DNA from: an uncultured Propionibacteriales bacterium
GTDB lineage: Bacteria; Actinomycetota; Actinomycetes; Propionibacteriales; Nocardioidaceae
Assembly (NCBI GenBank): GCA_965653225.1
Contig: CBFGZI010000003.1
Location: forward strand, 2,831 to 66,830
DNA length: 64,000 nucleotides
Direction: 5' to 3'
The translations under genes and the position numbers were made by a program. Positions 17,736 through 25,920 of this stretch are shown here, piece after piece; position 1 is the stretch's first letter; each line of letters begins with the position of its first letter. The notes beneath the pieces were generated by a model. That model worked only from the letters and a program-made list of their open reading frames with translations. It was not told where the DNA came from and searched no databases.

Positions 17736-19186
17736 CCTCCGAGCCGCACGACCGGTCCGCGCTGGAGCAGGCCGCGGCGATCCGCGCCGGTGAGGTCTCG
17801 TCGGTCGAGCTGACCGAGCACTACCTGCGACGTGTCGAGCGGCTCGACAGCGAGGTCGGGGCGTTCATCACGGTCACCGCCGAGGAGGCGCTCGAGGCTG
17901 CGCGCGCGGCCGACGACACGCTGCGTCAAAATGACGATAAGGCCATGTTGCCCCCGTTCCTCGGCGTGCCCACCGCGATCAAGGACCTCAACCTCACGGC
18001 GGGGGTGCGCACGACGATGGGCTCCGCGGCGTTCGAGGACTTCGTTCCCGACACCAGCGACGAGGTCGTGCTCCGTCTCGAGCGCGCCGGTCTGGTCAGC
18101 CTCGGCAAGACCAACACCCCCGAGTTCGGCAGCCCCTGCTACACCGAGCCCGCCGTCGCGCCGCCCGCGCGCACGCCGTATGACCTCGACCGCGGCGCGG
18201 GCGGGTCCAGCGGCGGCGCCGGCGCGGCCGTGTCCGCGGGCCTGGTGCCGTGGGCGCAGGGATCCGACGGCGGCGGGTCGATCCGGATCCCCGCCAGCGT
18301 GTGCGGGCTGGTGGGCCTCAAGCCCAGCCGCGGCCGGGTGACCACGGCACCCATGTACGGCGACCTGATCGGTCTCGGCATCGCCGGGCCGCTGACCCGC
18401 ACGGTGCGCGACGCCGCCGCCATGCTCGACCTGCTCGCCGGCCCCGCGGTCGGCGACCCCCATCCCTCGCCACCCCCGCCCCCGGCGTCGTCTCCGTCGG
18501 AGCCGGGCGACGGGACGTTCCTGTCGTGGTGCGACCGCACCCCGCAGCAGCTGCGGGTGGCCCGGTTCAGCGCGCCCTTGATCGCCGACGTCGACGTCGC
18601 GCCGGAGTGCGAGGCCGCCTTCGAACGCACCTCCGCGCTGCTGAGCGACCTCGGTCACGAGGTGGTGGACGTCGACCGTCCGCTGAGCCACGACGCGGTG
18701 CCGGTGTTCGAGACCTGCTGGGCGGTGCTGAGCGCGACCTCGGTCGTACCGCCGGACCAGCGTTCGTTGCTTCGTCCGCTGACCCGCTGGCTGGCAGAGC
18801 GCGCCGCCGAGATCCCGTCGGTCGACTTCGCGCTCGCCGCCGGGGAGCTGCGGCGGGTGGCCGCCGTGGCGCTGCAGGCACTGGCGCCCTACGACCTGGT
18901 GCTCACGCCGACGCTGGCGTCGCTGCCCGCGCCCGTCGGCGCGATACGCGACGACGACGACCCCGCGCAGGACTTCGAGAACCAGAAGCGGTTCACGCCG
19001 TACACATCGGCCTGGAACGTCACCGGCATGCCGGCGATCTCGCTACCGCTGCACTGGACAGACGCGGGACTCCCGGTCGGCGTCATGCTCGCCGCGCGGC
19101 CGGGTGCGGAGCACGTGCTGCTGTCGGCGGCGGCTCAGGTCGAGGCGGCCGAGCCCTGGCGCGACCACCACCCGCCCTGCTGGTGA
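17732..19186 (+). CDS. Amidase (amidase signature family)
   Basis: GVPTAIKDL, and GGSSGGAGAAVSAGLVPWAQGSDGGGSIRIPAS (AS-family Ser-cisSer-Lys region). ATGA overlap with the upstream gene. Confidence 0.9.
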   Translation: MTSEPHDRSALEQAAAIRAGEVSSVELTEHYLRRVERLDSEVGAFITVTAEEALEAARAADDTLRQNDDKAMLPPFLGVPTAIKDLNLTAGVRTTMGSAAFEDFVPDTSDEVVLRLERAGLVSLGKTNTPEFGSPCYTEPAVAPPARTPYDLDRGAGGSSGGAGAAVSAGLVPWAQGSDGGGSIRIPASVCGLVGLKPSRGRVTTAPMYGDLIGLGIAGPLTRTVRDAAAMLDLLAGPAVGDPHPSPPPPPASSPSEPGDGTFLSWCDRTPQQLRVARFSAPLIADVDVAPECEAAFERTSALLSDLGHEVVDVDRPLSHDAVPVFETCWAVLSATSVVPPDQRSLLRPLTRWLAERAAEIPSVDFALAAGELRRVAAVALQALAPYDLVLTPTLASLPAPVGAIRDDDDPAQDFENQKRFTPYTSAWNVTGMPAISLPLHWTDAGLPVGVMLAARPGAEHVLLSAAAQVEAAEPWRDHHPPCW

Positions 19187-19210
19187 CGGCTGATGACGAC
19201 TCGCGACGGC

Positions 19211-19266
19211 TCGGCCGGTCTTGCTCGGCCGGTCTTGCTCAGCCGGTCTTGCTCAGCCGGTCTTGC
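19211..19266. repeat. 14-bp tandem repeat x4 (tcRgccggtcttgc) in the convergent gap; the last copy contains the stop of the DUF5302-like gene
   Basis: tcggccggtcttgc tcggccggtcttgc tcagccggtcttgc tcagccggtcttgc, read directly from the sequence. Confidence 0.85.
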
Positions 19267-19432
19267 GGCGGAAGCCCGGGCCCTTGGTCGGCCCGGCCGT
19301 CCCGTGCGACTTGTTGGACCCGTCGCGCTTGGCCGACTTCGCGCTGGCGTGCTGCTGGTCGTGCTTGCGCTCGAGCGCCTCGCGGAACTTCCGGCGTACG
19401 TCGTCGTCCTTGGCGTCCGGTTCTGCAGCCAC
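19253..19432 (-). CDS. DUF5302-like small protein (59 aa)
   Basis: GTG start 6 nt after GGGGAGG. ...DDDVRRKFREALERKHDQQHA...GPTKGPGFRRKTG resembles actinobacterial DUF5302 proteins. The rest of the 414-aa ORF 19253..20497 was rejected. Confidence 0.6.
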   Translation of the reverse strand: MAAEPDAKDDDVRRKFREALERKHDQQHASAKSAKRDGSNKSHGTAGPTKGPGFRRKTG

Positions 19433-19632
19433 GGAAACCTCCCCGTGTCGTCGGCCGCGCGGGCGGCTGTTCTCCTCAGGCTCGCATGCGGCGGCTCCCT
19501 CGCGCCAGAGGGTTTCCGCGAGGGCCCGGCGCGTCGCGAGCGCCGACAGTCGCGTGTCAGGTCTCGATACATCTGGAGCCCAGGCGCTGACACGCGACCA
19601 GTGCCGGCCGCGTCCCGGCAGTGCCAGGGCGT

Positions 19633-20715
19633 CTAGAGCTCTTCCGGCGCGCCCGTCTGCACCGCCACGTGGTCGCACACCCGCATGACGTCCTCGGTCA
19701 GCGACACGGCACGCACGCCGTCCTCGATCGTCGGCAGACCGTCCGGGGAGCCGCCCCGCACCGCGGCGTACGCGTCGGCGACGAACGCGTCGAAGCAGTC
19801 CAGGTAGCCCTGCGGGTGGCCGGGCGGCACCAGGCTCAGCCGCGCGGCGTCGGGGTCCAGCGTCCCGGGGTCGCGCTCGACGATGCGCGTCCCGTCGCGG
19901 CCGCCGACCCACAGCGTGTTGGGCTCCTCCTGCCAGAACACGACCGAGTGCTCCGAGCCGTCGACCTCGAGCCAGAGCCGGTTCTTGCGCCCGGGCGAGA
20001 CCTGCGACACCACCACCGACCCGAGGGCACCCGAGTCGCCGGTGAGGCTGACCACGACCGCGTCCTCGGTCGGCCGTCCGGCCACGAACGTGCGCCGCTG
20101 CGCGGCGTGCACCCGCAGTCGCTCGCCGGTGACGAACTCCGCGAGGTCGCACCAGTGCGAGCCGATGTCGGCGAACGCGCGCGAGCGGCCGCCCTGTACG
20201 TCGTCGACGCGCCAGTTGGTGTCCTCGTCGCGCGTCAGCCAGTCCTGGAGGTACGTGCCGTGCACCAGGCGGACCGTGCCCACCTCGCCGTTGCGCACCA
20301 TGGCGCGGGCCTGGCGGGCCATGGCGTGGTAGCGGTACACGAACGGCACGGCGACGACCCGCCCGGCCGAGTCCGCCCGGTCGCGTACTGCCCTGGCCTC
20401 GGCCAGCGACGTGGCGACCGGCTTCTCGCAGACCACGTGCAGCCCGTTGTCGAGAGCTGCGGTCGTCAGCGCCGCGTGCGTGTCGTTGGGCGTGCACACG
20501 TGTACGACGTCGAGGCTGGTGTCGGCGACCACGTCCTCGGCCGTGGCGTAGCCCGTGGACACGCCGAGCCGCTGCGCCTCGGCCTCCGACCGTTGCGGCG
20601 TCGAGGCCGCCACGCCGACCACCTCGGCCCCGGTCAGGCGTGCGGACCGGACGTGCACACCCCCGATGAAGCCGGTCCCGATGACCGCGACTCGGAGTCT
20701 GTCGCTACTGCTCAT
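19633..20715 (-). CDS. Gfo/Idh/MocA family oxidoreductase
   Basis: LRVAVIGTGFIGGVHVRSA N-terminal Rossmann motif and VVCEKPVA (EKP) motif. Confidence 0.85.
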   Translation of the reverse strand: MSSSDRLRVAVIGTGFIGGVHVRSARLTGAEVVGVAASTPQRSEAEAQRLGVSTGYATAEDVVADTSLDVVHVCTPNDTHAALTTAALDNGLHVVCEKPVATSLAEARAVRDRADSAGRVVAVPFVYRYHAMARQARAMVRNGEVGTVRLVHGTYLQDWLTRDEDTNWRVDDVQGGRSRAFADIGSHWCDLAEFVTGERLRVHAAQRRTFVAGRPTEDAVVVSLTGDSGALGSVVVSQVSPGRKNRLWLEVDGSEHSVVFWQEEPNTLWVGGRDGTRIVERDPGTLDPDAARLSLVPPGHPQGYLDCFDAFVADAYAAVRGGSPDGLPTIEDGVRAVSLTEDVMRVCDHVAVQTGAPEEL

Positions 20716-20781
20716 GCTGTGGCTCCCGGTGCTGGCGATCGGCCCGTCGGCCGACTGGTCCCGCGTGGAACACTAGGGGCC

Positions 20782-21402
20782 ATGTCCACGCCGCAGCATC
20801 AGTTCACGCCGAACCCGATGTACGTCCCGAAGTTCTACGTGCGGCAGCGGATCACGCTGATGGTGAACCAGTACGAGGTCTACCCGGCCAACCCCGACGG
20901 CAGTGAGGGACCGCTGCTGGCGTTCGCGCAGCAGAAGCGGATGGCGTTCAAGGAAGAGGTCACCTTCTTCACCGACCAGGCCAAGTCGCGCCCGGTGTTC
21001 TCGTTCAAGGCGCGCAAGCGGCTCGACCTCGGCTCGGGCTACGACGTGTTCGACGAGGTCGGACGGCCACTCGGGCACTTCCGCAAGGAGTTCGGGGCCA
21101 GCCTGCTGCGCTCGACCTGGGCTCTGTCCGGGCCCGGCCTGGAGGCGGGCGGAACCGAGCGCAACCTCTTCGTCGCGCTGCTGCGCCGGATCTGGGACTT
21201 CATCCCGTTCCTGGGTGAGGTGTGGATCCCGTTCATCTTCCACTTCGACTTCACCGACCGGGCCACCGGAGCGCCGGTGATGTCCAGCGAGCGCAAGCCG
21301 TCGATCCGCGACAGCTACATCGTGGACGTCCCCGACGAGCGGCTCGACTTCCGGCTGGCCGCCTCGATGGCGGTCGCTCTCGACGCGCTGCAGAGCCGCT
21401 GA
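20782..21402 (+). CDS. LURP-one-related / scramblase-like (tubby C-terminal-like) protein
   Basis: 206 aa. KFYVRQRITLMVNQYEVY...FKEEVTFFTD...FSFKARKRLDLGSGYDVFDE has repeated beta-strand patterning like the DUF567 family. Only the 3' part of ORF 19621..21402 is used. Confidence 0.55.
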   Translation: MSTPQHQFTPNPMYVPKFYVRQRITLMVNQYEVYPANPDGSEGPLLAFAQQKRMAFKEEVTFFTDQAKSRPVFSFKARKRLDLGSGYDVFDEVGRPLGHFRKEFGASLLRSTWALSGPGLEAGGTERNLFVALLRRIWDFIPFLGEVWIPFIFHFDFTDRATGAPVMSSERKPSIRDSYIVDVPDERLDFRLAASMAVALDALQSR

Positions 21403-21500
21403 GCGCCGGAGCCCAGCCGACCGGGCGCGCGGCTGAGCACGGCAGGCTGCCCACGTGCCGAATAGCACACCTGAAATTACTTACCCAAACCAATGCAAAA

Positions 21501-21521
21501 CGGCACACTCAACGTGTGCCG
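21501..21521 (+). terminator. Hairpin (8-bp stem, 5-nt loop) downstream of the LURP-one-like gene
   Basis: cggcacac-tcaac-gtgtgccg, preceded by an unusually AT-rich tract. There is no U-tract. Confidence 0.3.
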
Positions 21522-21556
21522 CTGCAGCGCTGGATGTTCGTCGAGAAGGTCGCCGG

Positions 21557-22501
21557 GTGAAGGAGCCCGTGCGTCGCCGCTGCGCCGTGGTCGCCGCGGT
21601 CCTCGCCGCCGCCACCGGCGCCGGGGCGGTCAGCGGCTGCGACCCCTACGCCGCCCCGCCAAAGGACGTCGTGACACTGTCGGTCTCCTCGCTGCACAAC
21701 CCGTACTTCCGCGCGCTGCGCACCGGCGCGCGGCAGGCCGCGGACGCCTCCGGCGTACGGCTGGAGGTCGTGGGCGCGGGCAACAGCCTGGACCGGCAGG
21801 CGAAGCAGGTACGCAAGGCCGTCAGGCACGGCAGCGACGCCGTCCTGGTCAACCCGGTCGACTCACTGACCGCCGACACCGCCCTGCGGCCCGTGCTGCA
21901 CACGAAGGTGCCGGTGGTCGCCGTGGACCGCAGCCTGCCGGGCGCCGACGTGGAGAGCACCGTGGTCTCCGACGACGCCGACGGGGGCATGCAGGCCGCG
22001 GAGGCCGTGGCCGAGGCGGTGGACGGCCCCGGGCAGGTGATCCACCTGCAGGGCGTGCCGAACACCTCGTCGAGCATGAACCGGGGCCGCGGCTTCGAGA
22101 AGGCGATCGGCTACCACGACGAGCTCGACGTCGTCGCCGAGCAGCCGGCGTACTACGACCGCGGGTCGGCCCGCGAGGTCACCTCGCAGCTGCTGAGGGC
22201 ATACCCCCACGTCAAGGCGATCTTCGCCGAGAACGACGAGATGGCGCTCGGGGCGATCGACGCCCTCGGCGACCGGGCCGGCACCGACGTGCAGGTGGTC
22301 GGGTACGACGGCATCCCGCAGGCCCTGCGTGCGATCCAGTCCGGGCGGATGTACGCGACGGTCGCCCAGGCGCCCGAGCAGATCGGCCGGACCGCGGTCG
22401 AGCAGGCGGTGTCGGCCATCGACGGCGGGCTGGTGGCGCCGCACGTCCCCGTTGGCGTGCAGCTGGTGACCGGTGGCAACGTCAACGACTTTCTCTACTA
22501 G
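21557..22501 (+). CDS. Sugar-binding lipoprotein (RbsB/LacI-type periplasmic binding protein); no adjacent ABC permease or ATPase
   Basis: Lipobox AVSGC after a signal peptide. TLSVSSLHNPYFRAL..., VLVNPVDS, VVAVDR, IFAENDEMALGA, VVGYDG are motifs of type-I sugar-binding proteins. Start is GTG 21557 or 21569. Confidence 0.8.
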   Translation: MKEPVRRRCAVVAAVLAAATGAGAVSGCDPYAAPPKDVVTLSVSSLHNPYFRALRTGARQAADASGVRLEVVGAGNSLDRQAKQVRKAVRHGSDAVLVNPVDSLTADTALRPVLHTKVPVVAVDRSLPGADVESTVVSDDADGGMQAAEAVAEAVDGPGQVIHLQGVPNTSSSMNRGRGFEKAIGYHDELDVVAEQPAYYDRGSAREVTSQLLRAYPHVKAIFAENDEMALGAIDALGDRAGTDVQVVGYDGIPQALRAIQSGRMYATVAQAPEQIGRTAVEQAVSAIDGGLVAPHVPVGVQLVTGGNVNDFLY

Positions 22502-22534
22502 GCCCTCCACGTGGTCGCGGGCCAACGGCCCCGG

Positions 22535-22894
22535 TCAGGCCGGTTTCAGCGGGTCGTGGCCGATCGTCATCAGCCGGTGCCGCCAGTGCGCCTCCCCCGC
22601 GGTCGGCTCGAGGTCGTCCCGCCGCTCGGCGAGCACGCGGTCGACCACGTTGCGCATCACCCGCGCGTCCTCGTCGCTGATGTCGGTGCGGCGCTTGCCG
22701 AGGATGTGGAGTACGTGCCGTCCCGTCTCGGTACCCGACTGCTCGGGCAGGGTCTCGGTATCGGGGTCGGCCGACCGGGTGCGCAGCCACTCGTCCAGCT
22801 CGCGTGAGGTCATGTTCACCACGCGGTGAAAGTCGGTCCACAGCTCGTCGCTCACGGCCGTCTCGGCCACGTCCATCACCTCCGTATCGCTCAC
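22535..22894 (-). CDS. DUF3140-like protein
   Basis: 119 aa. FHRVVNMTSRELDEWLRT...GRHVLHILGKRRTDISDEDARVMRNVVDRV matches the DUF3140 pattern. GTG start overlaps the upstream stop. Confidence 0.6.
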   Translation of the reverse strand: MSDTEVMDVAETAVSDELWTDFHRVVNMTSRELDEWLRTRSADPDTETLPEQSGTETGRHVLHILGKRRTDISDEDARVMRNVVDRVLAERRDDLEPTAGEAHWRHRLMTIGHDPLKPA

Positions 22895-23688
22895 TGGTCG
22901 GCTACCCCGACATCGGTGCCGCTAACTCCGGTGCCGCCGGCCTCCGCGCCTCTGCCGGACCTGCCACCGAACCCCTCGCCGGTCCCCCACGGATGGAACG
23001 ACGTGCGCGTCAACGGCGGGTGCAGCAGCTCTGCCCGGCCGCGCCGGTACAGCTGCGCCGGCCGACCGCCGCGCCTGGTCACGTGCTCGCCGGTCTCGAC
23101 CACGAACCCGTCAGCGCCGGTGACCTTCCGGTGGAAGTTGCCGGGATCGAGCCGGCGACCCCACACGACCTCGTAGACCCGGCGCAGGTCGGCGATGGTG
23201 AACTCCTCACCGCAGAACGCGGTGCCGATGGTGGAGTACTCCAGCTTCGCCTGCGCGCGCTCGACGCCGTCCTGCATAATCCGGCGGTGGTCGAAGGCCA
23301 TTGGCTGCCCGCGCAGCAGCTCGTCTACCGGGACCCACCGCGCCGGGGCGTCCGCGCCCGCCGCCGGCTCCGGCGCGTCTGGGGCGACCGCCAGCCACGC
23401 CACGCTCACTGTAGGTGACCGCGGGTCACGACCGGGCTCGCCGTACGACGCGAGCTGCTCCAGGTGCACCTCGTCCGCGCCCGTCGCCGCCAGCGCGGCC
23501 AGCTCTCGCCGGGCAGCGAGGTGCAGGGTCTCCTCGACGCGGACGAAACCGCTGGGCAACGCCGCGAAGCCGGCGTACGGCTCGACCGGGCGGCGTGTCA
23601 CCAGCGCGCAGAGCCGTTCCTCGCGGATGGTCAGCACCACGAGGTCCACGGTCACCGCGAACCGCGCGTGGTCGCTGAGATCGGCCAT
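22891..23688 (-). CDS. NUDIX hydrolase with C-terminal winged-helix domain (NrtR-like architecture)
   Basis: LPSGFVRVEETLHLAARRELAALA (degenerate Nudix box), followed by HRRIMQDGVERAQAKLEYSTIGTAFCGEEFTIADLRRVYEVVWG, typical of the NrtR C-terminal domain. Confidence 0.7.
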   Translation of the reverse strand: MADLSDHARFAVTVDLVVLTIREERLCALVTRRPVEPYAGFAALPSGFVRVEETLHLAARRELAALAATGADEVHLEQLASYGEPGRDPRSPTVSVAWLAVAPDAPEPAAGADAPARWVPVDELLRGQPMAFDHRRIMQDGVERAQAKLEYSTIGTAFCGEEFTIADLRRVYEVVWGRRLDPGNFHRKVTGADGFVVETGEHVTRRGGRPAQLYRRGRAELLHPPLTRTSFHPWGTGEGFGGRSGRGAEAGGTGVSGTDVGVADQ

Positions 23689-23755
23689 GTCGACGACCCT
23701 ACGAAACGTGGCGACTGGCGTAGTATTGGCCCGGTCCAGGGCTCTGGAGACCGGT

Positions 23756-24700
23756 ATGCGCGGCACGTTCGTGGGGAACAGCACAGCGTCCCGGGGACAC
23801 TTGGAGCACATAGCGATGCTCTACCAAGGTGTCCGCGAGTACGTCGAAGGCATCCTGGGCTTTCTCCAGGAGGGCGGCGACTTTCCTGCCCTGGTCGCGG
23901 TGCCCGGCCCGCACGCGGACCTGCTCCGGCGGCACATGAGCGGTCTCTCCGACCGGACCCAGTTCGTCGACATGCACCTGCTCGGCCGCAACCCCCGCCG
24001 GATCATCCCCGCGATCCGGGAGTTCCTCGAGGGCCACCCGGACCGTCACGTGGACTTCGTCGGCGAGCCGATCTGGCCCGGCCGCACCGCCGCCGAGGTG
24101 GCCGAGGCGACCCAGCACGAGTCGCTGCTGAACCTTGCGTTCGGCGAGACATCCATGTCGATCCTTTGCCCGTACGACGTCGAGCGGCTCGACCCCTCGG
24201 TCCTCGACGACTCCCTCCGGACCCATCCGGTGGTCATCGAGCGCGGCGAGCGGCGCGACAGCGCGCAGTACACCGATCCGGCCACGTTGTGCGAGCCCGG
24301 ACGGTGGCCGCTTCCACCACCGCCCTGGGGCGCCCGGGTGCTCGCGTTCGACGCCCGGCACCTCGTCCGGGTCCGGCACGTCGTACAACGCCGTGCCGCT
24401 GAGGCCGGGCTCGCCCACGAGCCGATGCACGACCTGCTGCTGGCGATCAACGAGGCGGCCACCAACACCGTGCGACACGGTCCGGGCCGCGGGATCCTGC
24501 GGCTGTGGCAGGAGCCGGGTTCGCTGGTGTGCGAGATCCGCGACCGGGGCCGCATCGACGACCCGCTGGCCGACCGCTACTTTCCCGACGACGAGGCGGA
24601 GGGCGGCTGGGGCCTGCTGCTGGTCAACCAGCTGTGCGACCTGGTCGAGCTGCGCTCCGACGCAGGTGGGACGACCCTGCGGATGCACATGTCGCTGTGA
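23756..24700 (+). CDS. MEDS-domain + HATPase_c anti-sigma-factor-like regulatory protein (RsbA-type)
   Basis: HIAMLYQGVREYVEGILGFL (MEDS start) and a C-terminal AINEAATNTVRHG...GGWGLLLVNQLCDLVEL (GHKL ATPase N and G boxes). Confidence 0.75.
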   Translation: MRGTFVGNSTASRGHLEHIAMLYQGVREYVEGILGFLQEGGDFPALVAVPGPHADLLRRHMSGLSDRTQFVDMHLLGRNPRRIIPAIREFLEGHPDRHVDFVGEPIWPGRTAAEVAEATQHESLLNLAFGETSMSILCPYDVERLDPSVLDDSLRTHPVVIERGERRDSAQYTDPATLCEPGRWPLPPPPWGARVLAFDARHLVRVRHVVQRRAAEAGLAHEPMHDLLLAINEAATNTVRHGPGRGILRLWQEPGSLVCEIRDRGRIDDPLADRYFPDDEAEGGWGLLLVNQLCDLVELRSDAGGTTLRMHMSL

Positions 24701-24819
24701 GCCGGTCCGCTCGCCGAAAACCACCCCCATCGGCTGGGGGCGCGGCGTATTCTTGCGCCCGACGGAGGAGAGCCGCCGCAGGAGCGGCGAGCACCCTCCG
24801 ACTGAGTCTGGGGGGCTTC

Positions 24820-25518
24820 ATGCGAGGACGGTTCTGGGCCGCTGCGGTGAGCGGGTTGCTCATGCTCTCACTGCTGGGATGCGGGAACGCCTCGACCGTG
24901 CGCACGGCGACCCCCGCCAAGCCGGCTACCGGCGTCTGCGACGGGGTGGCGAAGTGTCACGTCGTAGCAAACACCGATGTCGACGGCGACGGCGTCCGAG
25001 ACCAGGTCGGCTTCGTGGTCCAGACCAAGCGACACGTGGTCGTCTACGTCAAGGCCGCCACCGGGCAACGGGTCAAGCGCGACATGAACGTGCTGTGGTT
25101 CCCGCGCGGTGAGTTCTACGGCGCCGCACCGGTCGACGGGCAGCCCGGGTCCGAGCTCGTCGTCGGCAGCACGATGGGCGCGCACACCCTGTGGTTCACC
25201 ACACTGACCATGCGGAACGGGCGGCTGGTCCGGCTCGACCCGCCCGGCCATGGCAAGGAGTGGATGATCGACGGTGCGTTCTCGTTCTTCGCCGGCGTGG
25301 TCCGGAGCGTCGAGAACGGCACCGTGGTGGTCACCCTGCGGCAGGCCGCCCGCAACGGGGTGCGTCCGACCTTCACCGGCTCCGACCGCACCTTCGCCTG
25401 GAACGGCAACGGGTGGCAGCACCGGTCGACGACCCGGACCCACTACGCGAACGACAAGGCCGCCGACGTGGTCGGCGGCTGGCACGTGGCAGGGCTGCGG
25501 CGCTTTCCCGAGTTCTGA
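24820..25518 (+). CDS. Hypothetical lipoprotein with an FG-GAP/calcium-binding-like DVDGDGVRD motif
   Basis: Signal peptide plus lipobox (LLMLSLLGC). Good GC3 bias. No family recognised. Confidence 0.55.
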   Translation: MRGRFWAAAVSGLLMLSLLGCGNASTVRTATPAKPATGVCDGVAKCHVVANTDVDGDGVRDQVGFVVQTKRHVVVYVKAATGQRVKRDMNVLWFPRGEFYGAAPVDGQPGSELVVGSTMGAHTLWFTTLTMRNGRLVRLDPPGHGKEWMIDGAFSFFAGVVRSVENGTVVVTLRQAARNGVRPTFTGSDRTFAWNGNGWQHRSTTRTHYANDKAADVVGGWHVAGLRRFPEF

Positions 25519-25545
25519 TCGGCTCTCGCGAGTACCGTCTGTGGT

Positions 25546-25806
25546 GTGAGGGGCGACCGAGTCGAGATCGTCGTCGACGCCGGAGAGGGCATCCGGGTCT
25601 ACGAGATCACCGCGACCCGCGCCGGCCGACGGGTCGAGGTGACTACCGGCCGCGGCCTGGTGGAGGTGGCCGAGGTGACCCGCGGCGGCAGCACCGTACG
25701 CTCCGCCCGGTTCATGGCATCCCGCGTCGTCGCGCTGGTCGAGCATCCCGCCGGAGAGGCGCCGGCGCGGATCTTCCCCGGTGTCGACGAGCCGCATCGC
25801 GGGTGA
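25546..25806 (+). CDS. Hypothetical protein (86 aa)
   Basis: GTG-initiated ORF with coding-like GC3. No recognisable motif. Confidence 0.3.
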   Translation: MRGDRVEIVVDAGEGIRVYEITATRAGRRVEVTTGRGLVEVAEVTRGGSTVRSARFMASRVVALVEHPAGEAPARIFPGVDEPHRG

Positions 25807-25872
25807 AGCGCGAGCAAGGCATCCAGCGACAATGCGCGCCGTGGACAAGTGCGTTCCGCAGAACACACTTAT

Positions 25873-25912
25873 CCACGACGCCCGGGGTTCCGCGGAACCG
25901 CGGGCGTCGTGG
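25873..25912. terminator. 40-nt near-perfect palindrome between convergent genes (bidirectional terminator candidate)
   Basis: ccacgacgcccg-gggttccgcggaaccg-cgggcgtcgtgg: 12-bp outer arms enclose the GGTTCCGCGGAACC palindrome. Confidence 0.55.
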
Positions 25913-25920
25913 ACCGAAGG

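Noticed and set aside
19211-19266. Possible CRISPR array
   Set aside because: The repeats are directly adjacent 14-bp units without spacers, and no cas genes are present. This is a simple tandem repeat.
19433-20497. Upstream part of the 414-aa ORF 19253..20497
   Set aside because: It lies out of frame over the Gfo/Idh/MocA gene and is Arg/Gly/Pro-rich. Only the last 59 codons (DUF5302-like, with its own SD+GTG) look real.
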